Below, one piece after another: positions 1 through 8,683 of a DNA stretch of 62,113 bases. A model generated the notes under the pieces. The model was not told the DNA's origin. It saw only the letters and a program-made list of their open reading frames with translations, and made no database searches. This DNA comes from a virus. Taxonomy: Duplodnaviria > Caudoviricetes. Positions within the stretch are counted from its first letter, which is position 1, and each line of letters begins with the position of its first letter. The translations under genes and the position numbers were made by a program. The stretch spans positions 1-62,113 of IMG/VR virus record IMGVR_UViG_3300049854_000015, one strand, 5' to 3'.

Positions 1-54
1 GTTCTAATGTTTGTATAAGACGAAGGGGATAGTGGTAGGAAAAAAGCTGGATAG
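1..54 (+). repeat. Terminal overlap, left copy (matches 62060-62113)
   Basis: 50/54 identity; the four mismatches (positions 3, 5, 33, 36) are all T on the left and G on the right. Confidence 0.9.
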
Positions 55-129
55 GTAGCCTTCCAAGACCGTTGCCGGAGCACGGCACTTTTTTTCAAGG
101 GTTTTGATAGGGGGGGATAGGAATAGATA

Positions 130-381
130 ATGTTGGTTATGGTTTTAATTCGAGCTGGTGAAGGTGATACGCAGGATGTCTATATTGCCAGGGGCCGGAA
201 TGAGTTGCGGCAGAGAATCACAGATATAGTTGAGGAGGATGATATGTGGTTTTGTGAAGGTGAGAAAGATTCTTTGTTTGCTATGCTAGATAAACACGAA
301 AATTGGGGCGTTGGCCGCTATATTCTAAAAAATATCGAGCCGCATTGGGAACAGTGGACCTTGATAATTGAAGATGTCTAA
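130..381 (+). CDS. Hypothetical protein
   Basis: 83-aa ORF directly upstream of terS, same strand. Confidence 0.55.
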   Translation: MLVMVLIRAGEGDTQDVYIARGRNELRQRITDIVEEDDMWFCEGEKDSLFAMLDKHENWGVGRYILKNIEPHWEQWTLIIEDV

Positions 382-393
382 AAGGTAGGTAGT

Positions 394-861
394 ATGGGAA
401 AACGCGGACCAAAGAAGACGGCGACACCAATATTGAAGACACGGGGTTCGTGGTTGGCTAAGCTGCGCAAGGATATTGAGATGGCGGACTACAAGCCCTC
501 TTGCCCACGGTGGCTGAGCGAAGAAGCTAAGAAGTATTGGCATCAAATCGTGCCTGAGTTAGAGAAAACGGGCATTTTGGCAAAAGTTGACGCTGATTTA
601 CTGGCTATGTTGTGTAAGGCGAAGGCTGATTTCATCGAGGCGGACAAACATTGCCAAAGCGTGATAGTTAAAACGAGCAAAGGCAACATCATACAGAATC
701 CGATACTCTCTGCCCGCAACAAGGCTGAAGACTACTATATCAAGCTTGCGGCCCTATTTGGCATGGGATCGGCCAATAGGGCGGGCATGGGTGGCGTCCA
801 GCGGCCAAAGGCGGGTGATTCTAAGGCCCGGTTCTTCCAGAAGGGTAGGGAAGGGGCATGA
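394..861 (+). CDS. terS: Terminase small subunit, P27 family
   Basis: MGKRGPK start, P.WLSEEAKKYW, D..LLAMLC, G.IIQNP, FGMGSANR motifs. Confidence 0.9.
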   Translation: MGKRGPKKTATPILKTRGSWLAKLRKDIEMADYKPSCPRWLSEEAKKYWHQIVPELEKTGILAKVDADLLAMLCKAKADFIEADKHCQSVIVKTSKGNIIQNPILSARNKAEDYYIKLAALFGMGSANRAGMGGVQRPKAGDSKARFFQKGREGA

Positions 862-1049
862 AAACGGCCAGTAAAACACGTCAGAAGGCCCCCCAGGAGA
901 CATCAGGGGTACGGATATACTGTTCCTATACTGATCTTCGTCCCACGGCGGCCCTGCGGCCAAATCCGGCGAATCCCAACGGCCACCCGGAGGCGCAGCA
1001 TGCCGGACACTTTATGATTTGCAGAAGGAGCCGAAATGAAAACACATAG
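858..1049 (+). pseudogene. Truncated ParB-like N-terminal fragment
   Basis: LRPNPANPNGHPEAQ resembles the start of phage ParB-like domains often found after terS, but the ORF ends shortly after. Confidence 0.4.
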
Positions 1050-1242
1050 AGACTGTACGTTTGTTGAAGTCGGCCCTAATGAAGCTCTGTACCGAATCCA
1101 AGCAATTATGAAATTACGAAACGATAAACGGTATCGAGCGGGACTTCTACAAGCATTAGTATCGTTAGAAATTATCACTCAAAAACATTGGATTGAACTC
1201 ATGAATATCTATTGTAAACCAGAAAAGAAGAGAAAGAGTTGA
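1036..1242 (+). CDS. Hypothetical protein
   Basis: AAGGAG RBS, 68 aa. Confidence 0.55.
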   Translation: MKTHRDCTFVEVGPNEALYRIQAIMKLRNDKRYRAGLLQALVSLEIITQKHWIELMNIYCKPEKKRKS

Positions 1243-1275
1243 AATGATAACGAAATGCCCGAAGTGCGGTTATGA

Positions 1276-1650
1276 ATGGGCAAACAGATGACAAAAAAAC
1301 TTATGCAATTCATAATGCAAAATCTTTTGCGCGAATTACACAAAAAGCGTAATAGAGAGGTACGGATTCGCTATACTGATATGTCGGACCCGCCAATTTA
1401 TTCAGTAGAAGATAATGATTTATTAATGTCTGCTGGTAGGGTCTTGATGATATTTATTCAGCTTGGCTATTTCAAAGAAGATGCTAAGTTTTTTATTTCC
1501 AGTTGGGGATACCAAAATAATGATGTAAAGGCCATTTGGATTGAAGCTACTGAAATGGCCAGGTTTCGTGCCCATTTGTCTCGAATTCCCCAAGATTATA
1601 TAAAAACGTTTAAAGAGGATTGTAAATTGATATTCAAGTATTGTAAGTAA
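1276..1650 (+). CDS. Hypothetical protein
   Basis: 124-aa AT-rich ORF in the operon direction. Confidence 0.55.
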   Translation: MGKQMTKKLMQFIMQNLLRELHKKRNREVRIRYTDMSDPPIYSVEDNDLLMSAGRVLMIFIQLGYFKEDAKFFISSWGYQNNDVKAIWIEATEMARFRAHLSRIPQDYIKTFKEDCKLIFKYCK

Positions 1651-1705
1651 GAAACCATAAGGCCGAGCGAATCCGCAAGGAATGAGATAAAATAGTAAAG
1701 GAAGA

Positions 1706-1957
1706 ATGAATATGGATATTTATGTAGTGATCAACGAGGACCGGCATATTGGTGTAGAAGTGCGACTTTATAACTCGATTGAGGCCGCTCTTGCCGATGC
1801 AAAAGACATTGTGGAAAGTTGCAATAGTGGCGAAGATGATATTGAAGAACAGGGCGTGGATGACCAAACACCCTACAATATGACTTATTCTTGCGAGGGG
1901 GACGCTGTTCGTGTCGAGAAACTTCCCGTCAGGGATAAGTTTAATGCTGAGGAATGA
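1706..1957 (+). CDS. Hypothetical acidic protein
   Basis: AAGGAAG RBS, 83 aa. Confidence 0.55.
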   Translation: MNMDIYVVINEDRHIGVEVRLYNSIEAALADAKDIVESCNSGEDDIEEQGVDDQTPYNMTYSCEGDAVRVEKLPVRDKFNAEE

Positions 1958-1967
1958 GGCATGAAAT

Positions 1968-2171
1968 ATGAGCAAGAAGATTTGCCCGATAATGAGTCGT
2001 ATAGAAGTATTTGAGTATAGTAGCGAACCTCACTGGGTTGATTGCCAAGAGGAAAGATGTGCCTTTTGGTTGATTGTAGAGCAGAAGGATACCGACAAAA
2101 AAGGCATGGGGTGTGCATTGACATTAACAGCAACTTTTACGGCAATCAACGCAATGAAGCACGGAACATGA
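1968..2171 (+). CDS. Small Cys-rich hypothetical protein
   Basis: KICPIMS...C.EERCAFW...GC pattern. Confidence 0.55.
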   Translation: MSKKICPIMSRIEVFEYSSEPHWVDCQEERCAFWLIVEQKDTDKKGMGCALTLTATFTAINAMKHGT

Positions 2172-2494
2172 ACCAATACCCCGTACACAAAGAAGGCGAC
2201 ATAGAATGGAGTTGTGTTGATGCGAGTGAGGTTATGACTCTAACTCCGCCGCCTGAACCTGCCCCGAAGTTAATAGGTTCTATTCGTGGCAGTGTAAGCG
2301 GCCCTCGTTGGGCCGATTTGGAAGGTGCTTTGAAGGAATTGGAATGGTTTGAGAAAGACTTGAAGGTGCGGACGGTGGTACGGCGGGGCTGGATAAGAGA
2401 AATAGTATTATTTGAACTCAAAGGTCCAGTAATAAAAATACGGCAGGCGCAAGCAGCTATTGATGATATGATTTCAAATTGGAATACGGATTAA
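2168..2494 (+). CDS. Hypothetical protein
   Basis: ATGA overlap with the upstream stop. Confidence 0.55.
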   Translation: MNQYPVHKEGDIEWSCVDASEVMTLTPPPEPAPKLIGSIRGSVSGPRWADLEGALKELEWFEKDLKVRTVVRRGWIREIVLFELKGPVIKIRQAQAAIDDMISNWNTD

Positions 2495-2498
2495 CTGA

Positions 2499-2705
2499 AT
2501 GAGCATGGACGGCGAAAAATTAGTTAATCATCAAAAAAAAGACTTGACAAGTTCGGATAAATCTGACATTATCTGGGCCAAGTTGAAAACTAAGGCGTCA
2601 AATATGGGCTTTGGTACACTGAATTGCGTTATGCGGATATGCGATGGGCAGGTTGTAGAGGTGCGTTACCGGCCCAGCGAGATAGAGGAGTGTTTGCGGG
2701 CATGA
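2499..2705 (+). CDS. Hypothetical protein (DUF2292-like small protein)
   Basis: MGFGTL...I.DGQVVEV resembles small YezD/DUF2292-type proteins. Confidence 0.4.
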   Translation: MSMDGEKLVNHQKKDLTSSDKSDIIWAKLKTKASNMGFGTLNCVMRICDGQVVEVRYRPSEIEECLRA

Positions 2706-2974
2706 AAGCAGAAGTGGCAATTGTCTATTTGGGCGATGTTCAATGTCAGACAAGTATCATAGACTTGGCTGGAAGGAAAAAATATGTGCGAGTTGTGGTG
2801 GGGCCAGCTAAGTTTTCAGGGGCCTTTTTCGGCGAGAACACAAGAAAGCATCTTGGTAAATGTCATTACCAACTATCAGAGCGCAAAGATATAGCAGAAC
2901 TTACTCTAATCAATGACGAGAAATTGCGTACTTTGATCGGCAGATTTGGACGAATGAATTTAGTGTTTAATTAG
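2702..2974 (+). CDS. Hypothetical protein
   Basis: ATGA coupling with the upstream ORF. Confidence 0.5.
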   Translation: MKAEVAIVYLGDVQCQTSIIDLAGRKKYVRVVVGPAKFSGAFFGENTRKHLGKCHYQLSERKDIAELTLINDEKLRTLIGRFGRMNLVFN

Positions 2975-2975
2975 C

Positions 2976-3275
2976 ATGAAGCGTAGAGACTTCCTAAAAT
3001 CCGTTTCGGCTGTTCTTGCGGGCGCTCCGCTATCGGGTTTACTGCCGAAGGCGGTTGCTACAGACGGGGCGGTTAGTTGCAAGTCTAAGTCTGGATCAAT
3101 ATATTTACGTTTAACCTATAAATCTATGCAAACGTCTGGGGATGTATTCTGTACGATTTGGGGAGAGGCTTCCGATGGGACCAAAACAAGAATGAGTAAT
3201 TTCATTTTTACTCTTGAGCCTTTTGTTAAAGGAGAATCCAATAGGGTTGTTGCAATTATAGACGACCCAAGTTAA
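2976..3275 (+). CDS. Protein with twin-arginine (Tat) signal peptide
   Basis: MKRRDFLK, hydrophobic stretch, AVA cleavage motif. Confidence 0.6.
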   Translation: MKRRDFLKSVSAVLAGAPLSGLLPKAVATDGAVSCKSKSGSIYLRLTYKSMQTSGDVFCTIWGEASDGTKTRMSNFIFTLEPFVKGESNRVVAIIDDPS

Positions 3276-3309
3276 GCGATAACTGAATAACGAATTCGGA
3301 CTGACCGAC

Positions 3310-3378
3310 AACGGAGGTTCGAGTGATTTGTGACTGGGCTATAAGGCCCGGACAGATTACTTGAGCCTCCGTTTTTTT
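3310..3378 (+). terminator. Long hairpin with U-tract (terminator/attenuator-like leader)
   Basis: AACGGAGGTTCGAGTGATTTGT pairs with ACAGATTACTTGAGCCTCCGTT (with G-U pairs), followed by a T run. Confidence 0.6.
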
Positions 3379-3393
3379 ATTAGGAGAAAAAAC

Positions 3394-3891
3394 ATGGCAC
3401 TGACAGCAAATTTTGCACTGAACATGACCTTGACTTATACCAAGACGACCGACTTGGGGACAGTTCCCTATACGTTGAATCTTGGCAGGGGCAAGACGTT
3501 CACGAACGGCACTGGGGCAAACAAGGCGCAGGTATTGTTTGATGACCAGCGGACATTAGCAGATGGCGCAAATGAGACGATTGATTTGCACGATGGCACA
3601 CTGACGGACGCTCTCGGTGTGGCCGTCACGATAGACATTCTCCGCGCCTTGTATATCAAGAACGGCTCGGCTGATGCAAGTCTGCTTATCGGTGGCGCGG
3701 CGGGTACGCAATTGGGGCTGTTCAATGATGTGACTGACATTCTAAAGCTTCCGCCCGGTGGAGAGTTTTTGTATATCGCCCCGGATGCGACAGGTCTTAA
3801 CGTAGAGACGAACGCCGATCTGAAGTTGGCCCATGATGGCACGGGCACAAGTACGCTGACCTATGATATTATTGCCGTCGGAGAGGACTAA
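3394..3891 (+). CDS. Probable virion structural protein (Thr/Gly-rich, beta-rich)
   Basis: AGGAG RBS; composition typical of decoration or minor structural proteins. Confidence 0.55.
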   Translation: MALTANFALNMTLTYTKTTDLGTVPYTLNLGRGKTFTNGTGANKAQVLFDDQRTLADGANETIDLHDGTLTDALGVAVTIDILRALYIKNGSADASLLIGGAAGTQLGLFNDVTDILKLPPGGEFLYIAPDATGLNVETNADLKLAHDGTGTSTLTYDIIAVGED

Positions 3892-3893
3892 AA

Positions 3894-4100
3894 ATGGCGG
3901 TCACCCATAGTCGTGAGGTTGTTGAATTGATGCGCCAGCACGGTGTTAAATTACCCGACAATATTGTGCGTATTGTCATTGATGTGCGCATTGATTCGGC
4001 CGTAACGGTCTATTATGAAACCTTTGCAGACAAACCGCTATTAGATGCCGTGTTTTCTGTGCCAGATTTGAAAGTGGTTCATGCAAGCAGTCCTAAATAA
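3894..4100 (+). CDS. Hypothetical protein
   Basis: 68-aa ORF overlapping the terL start. Confidence 0.5.
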   Translation: MAVTHSREVVELMRQHGVKLPDNIVRIVIDVRIDSAVTVYYETFADKPLLDAVFSVPDLKVVHASSPK

Positions 4101-5775
4101 ACCGAAAGTTGCTAAAACATGGCGTAAACTGCTGTGCAGCCTGTCGGGATACGACCCGTTTGCGCAGGCCGGTGACTGCTGGTTCGATGCTGAGGCAGCC
4201 CAATACTACATCGACTTCATCGAGCAATGCTGCACGCACATCGAGGGTGCTCTGGCCGGCAAGCCGTTTCTTATGGAAGCATGGGAGAAGGCCATTGTCG
4301 GGAATCTTTTCGGATGGTATAGACTCGATTTCCTCAATCGGACGGTGCGGCGATACCGCAAGGCATTTATTTACGTTGCTCGGAAGAATGGGAAAAGTCC
4401 CCTTTCGGCGGCTATTCATAATGCCGTATTCTTTTTGGATAATGAAGCCGGGCAAATCAATAATATCGCCGCTGCCTCAAGAGACCAGGCAACTAAGCTT
4501 TATCGGCATATCTCCGGCATGATTCGGGCCGAACCTGAAATGGATTCTCGCTGCCATATCTACCAGACTACGCGGAGCATTACCAAGCCCGACAATTCAG
4601 TGACGAAGGTAATTCCGGGCGATGATAATACGGCCCACGGTGACAACCAGCACTTAGGAATGGTCGATGAGCTTCATGCCCAGCCTGATAGGAAGCTCGT
4701 TGACGCTATGGTTACGGCTATGGCGTCAGCAAATCGCATCCAGCCCTTGATGATATTCACGACTACCGCAGATTTTGACCGGCCGTCTATTTGCAATGAA
4801 GAGTATGACTACGCCTGTAAGGTCCGCGATGGCGTGATTGACGACCCGTCCTATCTGCCTGTGATTTATGAAGCGCAACCCACTGATGACTGGACCGATG
4901 AGAAAACTTGGTACAAAGCAAATCCGAATTTAGGTGTGAGCGTATCTCTTGATTATCTCCGTGATGAATGTAAGCGGGCGCAGGAAATACCGGCCTATGA
5001 GAACACTTTCAAACGATTACATCTTAACCTTCGCACGGAGCAGGACGTTCGCTGGTTGACGTTGGATGTTTGGGACGCTTGCGGGACGGGGCCTTATGAA
5101 CCTGCTGGCGTACCTGAAACTGTCTTAAAAGGCCAAGCGTGCTATGCTGGTTTTGACCTATCAAGTAATACTGATGTGGCAGGTTATGTACTTCTTTTCC
5201 CGCCTCTCAAAGGAGGATATTGGTGGGTTGTCCCACGACTGTTCATTCCTAAAGATAATGCCATTAAGCGAGAGCGCCGGGACAAAGTGCCGTATTTTGC
5301 ATGGGCAAAAGATGGATATATCACGATGACGCCCGGGAACGTCGTGGATTACTCGATAATCAAAGCTAAATTCGAGCAAGACCGCAAGGATTTCAATATA
5401 AGAGAGGCCGCTTTTGACAGGTGGAACTTTGAAGCCCTGCGTCAGCAGTTCATTGCAGAGGGTATGAGCAATGAATTCTTTGTGGCGTTCGGCCAGGGCT
5501 TTGCCTCGATGAGTGCCCCGACGAAGGAGCTTGAGAAATTACTGTTGGCCCGCGAGCTTTCTCATGGCGGCCATCCCGTTCTGCGATGGATGGCGTCGAA
5601 TGTGGCGGTTGAAAGTGACGCTGCTGGCAATGTCAAGCCCTCAAAGAAGCGAAGCCCGGAGAAAATTGACGGCATTGTGATGCTGATTATGGCTTTGGGG
5701 CGGGCTTTGGTATCGGCGGGGCCGAAAGTCAGTATCTATGAGAGTCGGGGACTGAGGGTATTGGGCGAAAGGTAA
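4081..5775 (+). CDS. terL: Terminase large subunit (HK97-like Terminase_1)
   Basis: VARKNGKS Walker A, MVDELH Walker B, KANPNLG, GFDLS and KIDG nuclease motifs. Confidence 0.97.
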   Translation: MQAVLNKPKVAKTWRKLLCSLSGYDPFAQAGDCWFDAEAAQYYIDFIEQCCTHIEGALAGKPFLMEAWEKAIVGNLFGWYRLDFLNRTVRRYRKAFIYVARKNGKSPLSAAIHNAVFFLDNEAGQINNIAAASRDQATKLYRHISGMIRAEPEMDSRCHIYQTTRSITKPDNSVTKVIPGDDNTAHGDNQHLGMVDELHAQPDRKLVDAMVTAMASANRIQPLMIFTTTADFDRPSICNEEYDYACKVRDGVIDDPSYLPVIYEAQPTDDWTDEKTWYKANPNLGVSVSLDYLRDECKRAQEIPAYENTFKRLHLNLRTEQDVRWLTLDVWDACGTGPYEPAGVPETVLKGQACYAGFDLSSNTDVAGYVLLFPPLKGGYWWVVPRLFIPKDNAIKRERRDKVPYFAWAKDGYITMTPGNVVDYSIIKAKFEQDRKDFNIREAAFDRWNFEALRQQFIAEGMSNEFFVAFGQGFASMSAPTKELEKLLLARELSHGGHPVLRWMASNVAVESDAAGNVKPSKKRSPEKIDGIVMLIMALGRALVSAGPKVSIYESRGLRVLGER

Positions 5776-5781
5776 GGGATA

Positions 5782-6009
5782 ATGAATAAAGGCTATAATC
5801 CTGGGCAGACATTTTGGCGAACCTATCCTGATGGATGTCGCTTCCTTGTTGTATTGCTTTCTAAGGAACCCGATTCACCCTGGGTCTGTGCTGAATTTCA
5901 AAAATGTGGTGCCAATAAATTGCTCGGAGCGCAGGTGGTGAAATATGACGAATCGGAGTTGAGCGCATTTGAGAGCCGGGGACTGACGGTGCTGGGGGGC
6001 AACAACTAA
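5782..6009 (+). CDS. Inserted hypothetical protein ending in a copy of the TerL C-terminus
   Basis: Ends FESRGLTVLG versus TerL YESRGLRVLG. Confidence 0.55.
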   Translation: MNKGYNPGQTFWRTYPDGCRFLVVLLSKEPDSPWVCAEFQKCGANKLLGAQVVKYDESELSAFESRGLTVLGGNN

Positions 6010-6015
6010 AAACTA

Positions 6016-7566
6016 ATGAAGCTTATCTCATCCATCCTGAATAAGTTTGGCTACCAGAAGCGTTCGGGTATGGCTAATCCGGCGCAATGGTTCATTGATT
6101 GGGCGACGGGCGGCACACAGACCTCATCCGGCGTCAGTATCAATGAGAGTTCCGCCTTGAAATACACGCCCTTTTGGGCGGCGGTGCGTATCATATCCGG
6201 CACAGTAGCCTCTTTGCCCTTCAAAGTCTATCGGCGATTAGAGAATGGCGGCAAACAGCCCGAACAAGATCACGCGGCCTACAAACTTCTCCATGGTAGG
6301 CCGAACGAATACATGGACGCTCTGACGTTCATCGAGACGCGGCAGGCTCATGTCCTAACCTACGGTAATGGCTTCGCAGAAATTCAGCGGGATGGTTCCG
6401 GCAAGCCGATAGCCCTGTGGCCGCTTCTGCCCGATAGGACGGAACGCAAGATAAGTAAGGGTGGTGTGCTGTATTACGAGGTACGCAATCAGATGGGTGA
6501 GACGGCCTATCTGCCCGATTACAACGTCCTGCATATCAAAGGACTCGGTTTCGATGGTTATACAGGCTACAACGTCGTGGCCTACCACAAAGAAGCTATT
6601 GGCTACGGTATGGCTGCCAAACAATATGCCGCAACTTTTTTTGGAAACGATGCGACTCCCGGAGGCATTCTTGAGCATCCATCTAATCTGACGACTGAGG
6701 CGGCAGCCCGTCTTAGAAAATCGTGGGATGATAATCAAGGTGGACTGACAAACAAGCACAGAATTGCCATTTTGGAAGAGGGCATGAAGTGGACGAAGAT
6801 GGGTGTTGATCCTGAGCAGGCCCAGGCTTTGGAGACTCAGAAATATACCGTCGATGACTGCTCAAGAATCTTCCAAATTCCCCCCCATAAGCTCGGCAGC
6901 ATGGAGCGGGCAACCTTCAGTAACATCGAGGAGCAAAATATCGAGTTCGTGACAATGACGATGTTGTATTGGTTCCGTAAGTGGGAGGAGGAAGTCAACT
7001 ATAAGCTTCTCATGCCGAGCGAGCAGTCAACGATGTTCTGTGAGATTTTGGCCGATGCTCTATTGCGCGGCAATACTCTGAACCGTTACGGCGCCTATAA
7101 CATCGGACGCAATGCAGGCTTCCTATCCGTCAACGATATTCGGCAGTTGGAGAATATGAATCCCATAGGGCCGGAGGGTGATATTTATCTTGAGCCTTTG
7201 AATATGAAGCCTGCCGGGACTGAAACGCCAGCGCCAGCGGCTACGAAGTGGGATGGAGGCAGAGTGAGGCTGGCTCATCGTGACATGATAGTGATAGCCT
7301 TCAATCGGGTTATCCAAAAAGTTCTCAATGCTAAAAAAACCAAGAACGGTTTTTATGACGAATCGCGCCGGTGGGCGGCAGACATACTCTTTGAGCCTGC
7401 GAACGCCTTTGCCCTACTGAATGGTGTTGAGACGCCAAAGGCCACCGAAAGATTAACACAAGTCTTGAACGAAGAAATCAATGAAGCTCGCAGCCTGAAA
7501 TTAGGTGACGCCGATAGGCTCGCCGATAGGCTTATGCGAGAGATAGGAGGCAATAATGCCTGCTGA
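6016..7566 (+). CDS. Portal protein, HK97 family
   Basis: VRIISGTVASLP, YGNGFAEI, VLHIKG, FQIPPHKLG, FSNIEEQ motifs; extra C-terminal extension. Confidence 0.97.
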   Translation: MKLISSILNKFGYQKRSGMANPAQWFIDWATGGTQTSSGVSINESSALKYTPFWAAVRIISGTVASLPFKVYRRLENGGKQPEQDHAAYKLLHGRPNEYMDALTFIETRQAHVLTYGNGFAEIQRDGSGKPIALWPLLPDRTERKISKGGVLYYEVRNQMGETAYLPDYNVLHIKGLGFDGYTGYNVVAYHKEAIGYGMAAKQYAATFFGNDATPGGILEHPSNLTTEAAARLRKSWDDNQGGLTNKHRIAILEEGMKWTKMGVDPEQAQALETQKYTVDDCSRIFQIPPHKLGSMERATFSNIEEQNIEFVTMTMLYWFRKWEEEVNYKLLMPSEQSTMFCEILADALLRGNTLNRYGAYNIGRNAGFLSVNDIRQLENMNPIGPEGDIYLEPLNMKPAGTETPAPAATKWDGGRVRLAHRDMIVIAFNRVIQKVLNAKKTKNGFYDESRRWAADILFEPANAFALLNGVETPKATERLTQVLNEEINEARSLKLGDADRLADRLMREIGGNNAC

Positions 7567-8488
7567 AAATGAACAGAAACCAGAAGTTATAGAATCTCGT
7601 CCATTCCCTAATGAACATTCCTGCCGGCTGCGTGAACCTGGTGACTTCAAGGACGGTTCTTTTCGCCGGACGGAACGGAACCATAACAGCAAGAAATATA
7701 GCGTCATCATGGGCAAACTCAAGGGTGAAGATTCCATGACAGAGCAGGCATATCGCTACAAGAAAGATACATGGGACGCCGACGATGCGCGGGCGCACTG
7801 TAAATCCCATGACGGGAGTTTTGAAGCAGCGTCAGAAAGCAAGTCCGAGGAACCCAAAGACATAGAGCGCCGGACGATGATAGTTGCCGATGCGGAGATG
7901 CGCGTGGCGGAGGGTGAGCAGCGCAAACTCACGGGCTACGCAGCCAAGTACGGAAAACAGACTGATTTGGGATTCTTCAAAGAGAAGATCGCCTCCGGGG
8001 CTTTTGATGAGGCCCTGAAAAACAGCGATGCCCGAGCGCTCAAGAACCACGACCCTAATCTTTTACTGGGCCGCGAGAGCAGCGGAACATTGAGGCTTGA
8101 GGCTAACAGTATCGGCTTGAAGTTCGAGCTTGATGTGCCCGACACGACGACGGGCAGGGATACCCTTGAAGAAGTCCGAAGGGGTGACTTAGATGGTTGC
8201 AGTTTCGCCTTCACGGTGGCTGAGGATGAATGGAAACATACCGAAGGCGAGCCTTCCGAAAGGACTATTAAGAAAATCGGGCAATTGTTTGACATAGCAC
8301 CATGTACCTATCCGGCCTATCAGGATACGAGCGTGGCTGCACGTTCATTGCAGGCGCACCCGCCAGAACCGGACATAACAGAAGAAAAGAAAGAGCAGCA
8401 CATTAGCGAGGCTGAGCAGTGCGAGTTTGATCGCCGCTATCGTAAGGCTAAAAGAATTATTGCACGCTACAAATCAGACAAGTCCTGA
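7556..8488 (+). CDS. Prohead protease, HK97 family, with N-terminal extension
   Basis: LTGYAA, NHD...LLGR, CSFAF, YPAY.DT motifs. Confidence 0.93.
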   Translation: MPAENEQKPEVIESRPFPNEHSCRLREPGDFKDGSFRRTERNHNSKKYSVIMGKLKGEDSMTEQAYRYKKDTWDADDARAHCKSHDGSFEAASESKSEEPKDIERRTMIVADAEMRVAEGEQRKLTGYAAKYGKQTDLGFFKEKIASGAFDEALKNSDARALKNHDPNLLLGRESSGTLRLEANSIGLKFELDVPDTTTGRDTLEEVRRGDLDGCSFAFTVAEDEWKHTEGEPSERTIKKIGQLFDIAPCTYPAYQDTSVAARSLQAHPPEPDITEEKKEQHISEAEQCEFDRRYRKAKRIIARYKSDKS

Positions 8489-8559
8489 TTGTTGCGCCGG
8501 GCCGATGTTCCGGCAAAGTGCTTGTAAGGGATAATAAGAACTAACAAACGAGCAAAAAA

Positions 8560-8660
8560 GAGATGGGCATAGGCGGAGCCATGACCGCCGAGATGCCGTA
8601 ATCATCGCAGCCTATTACGGGGGCGCGTTGGGCAACCTTCGCGTCCCTTCTTTTTTGCGC
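8560..8660 (+). promoter_or_regulatory. Structured leader ending in a terminator-like hairpin before the major capsid gene
   Basis: GGCAT/ATGCC and GGCGG/CCGCC stems; GGGGGCGCG/CGCGTCCCT stem followed by a T-tract. Confidence 0.45.
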
Positions 8661-8683
8661 AGGTAACTAAGGAGTACGAAACA

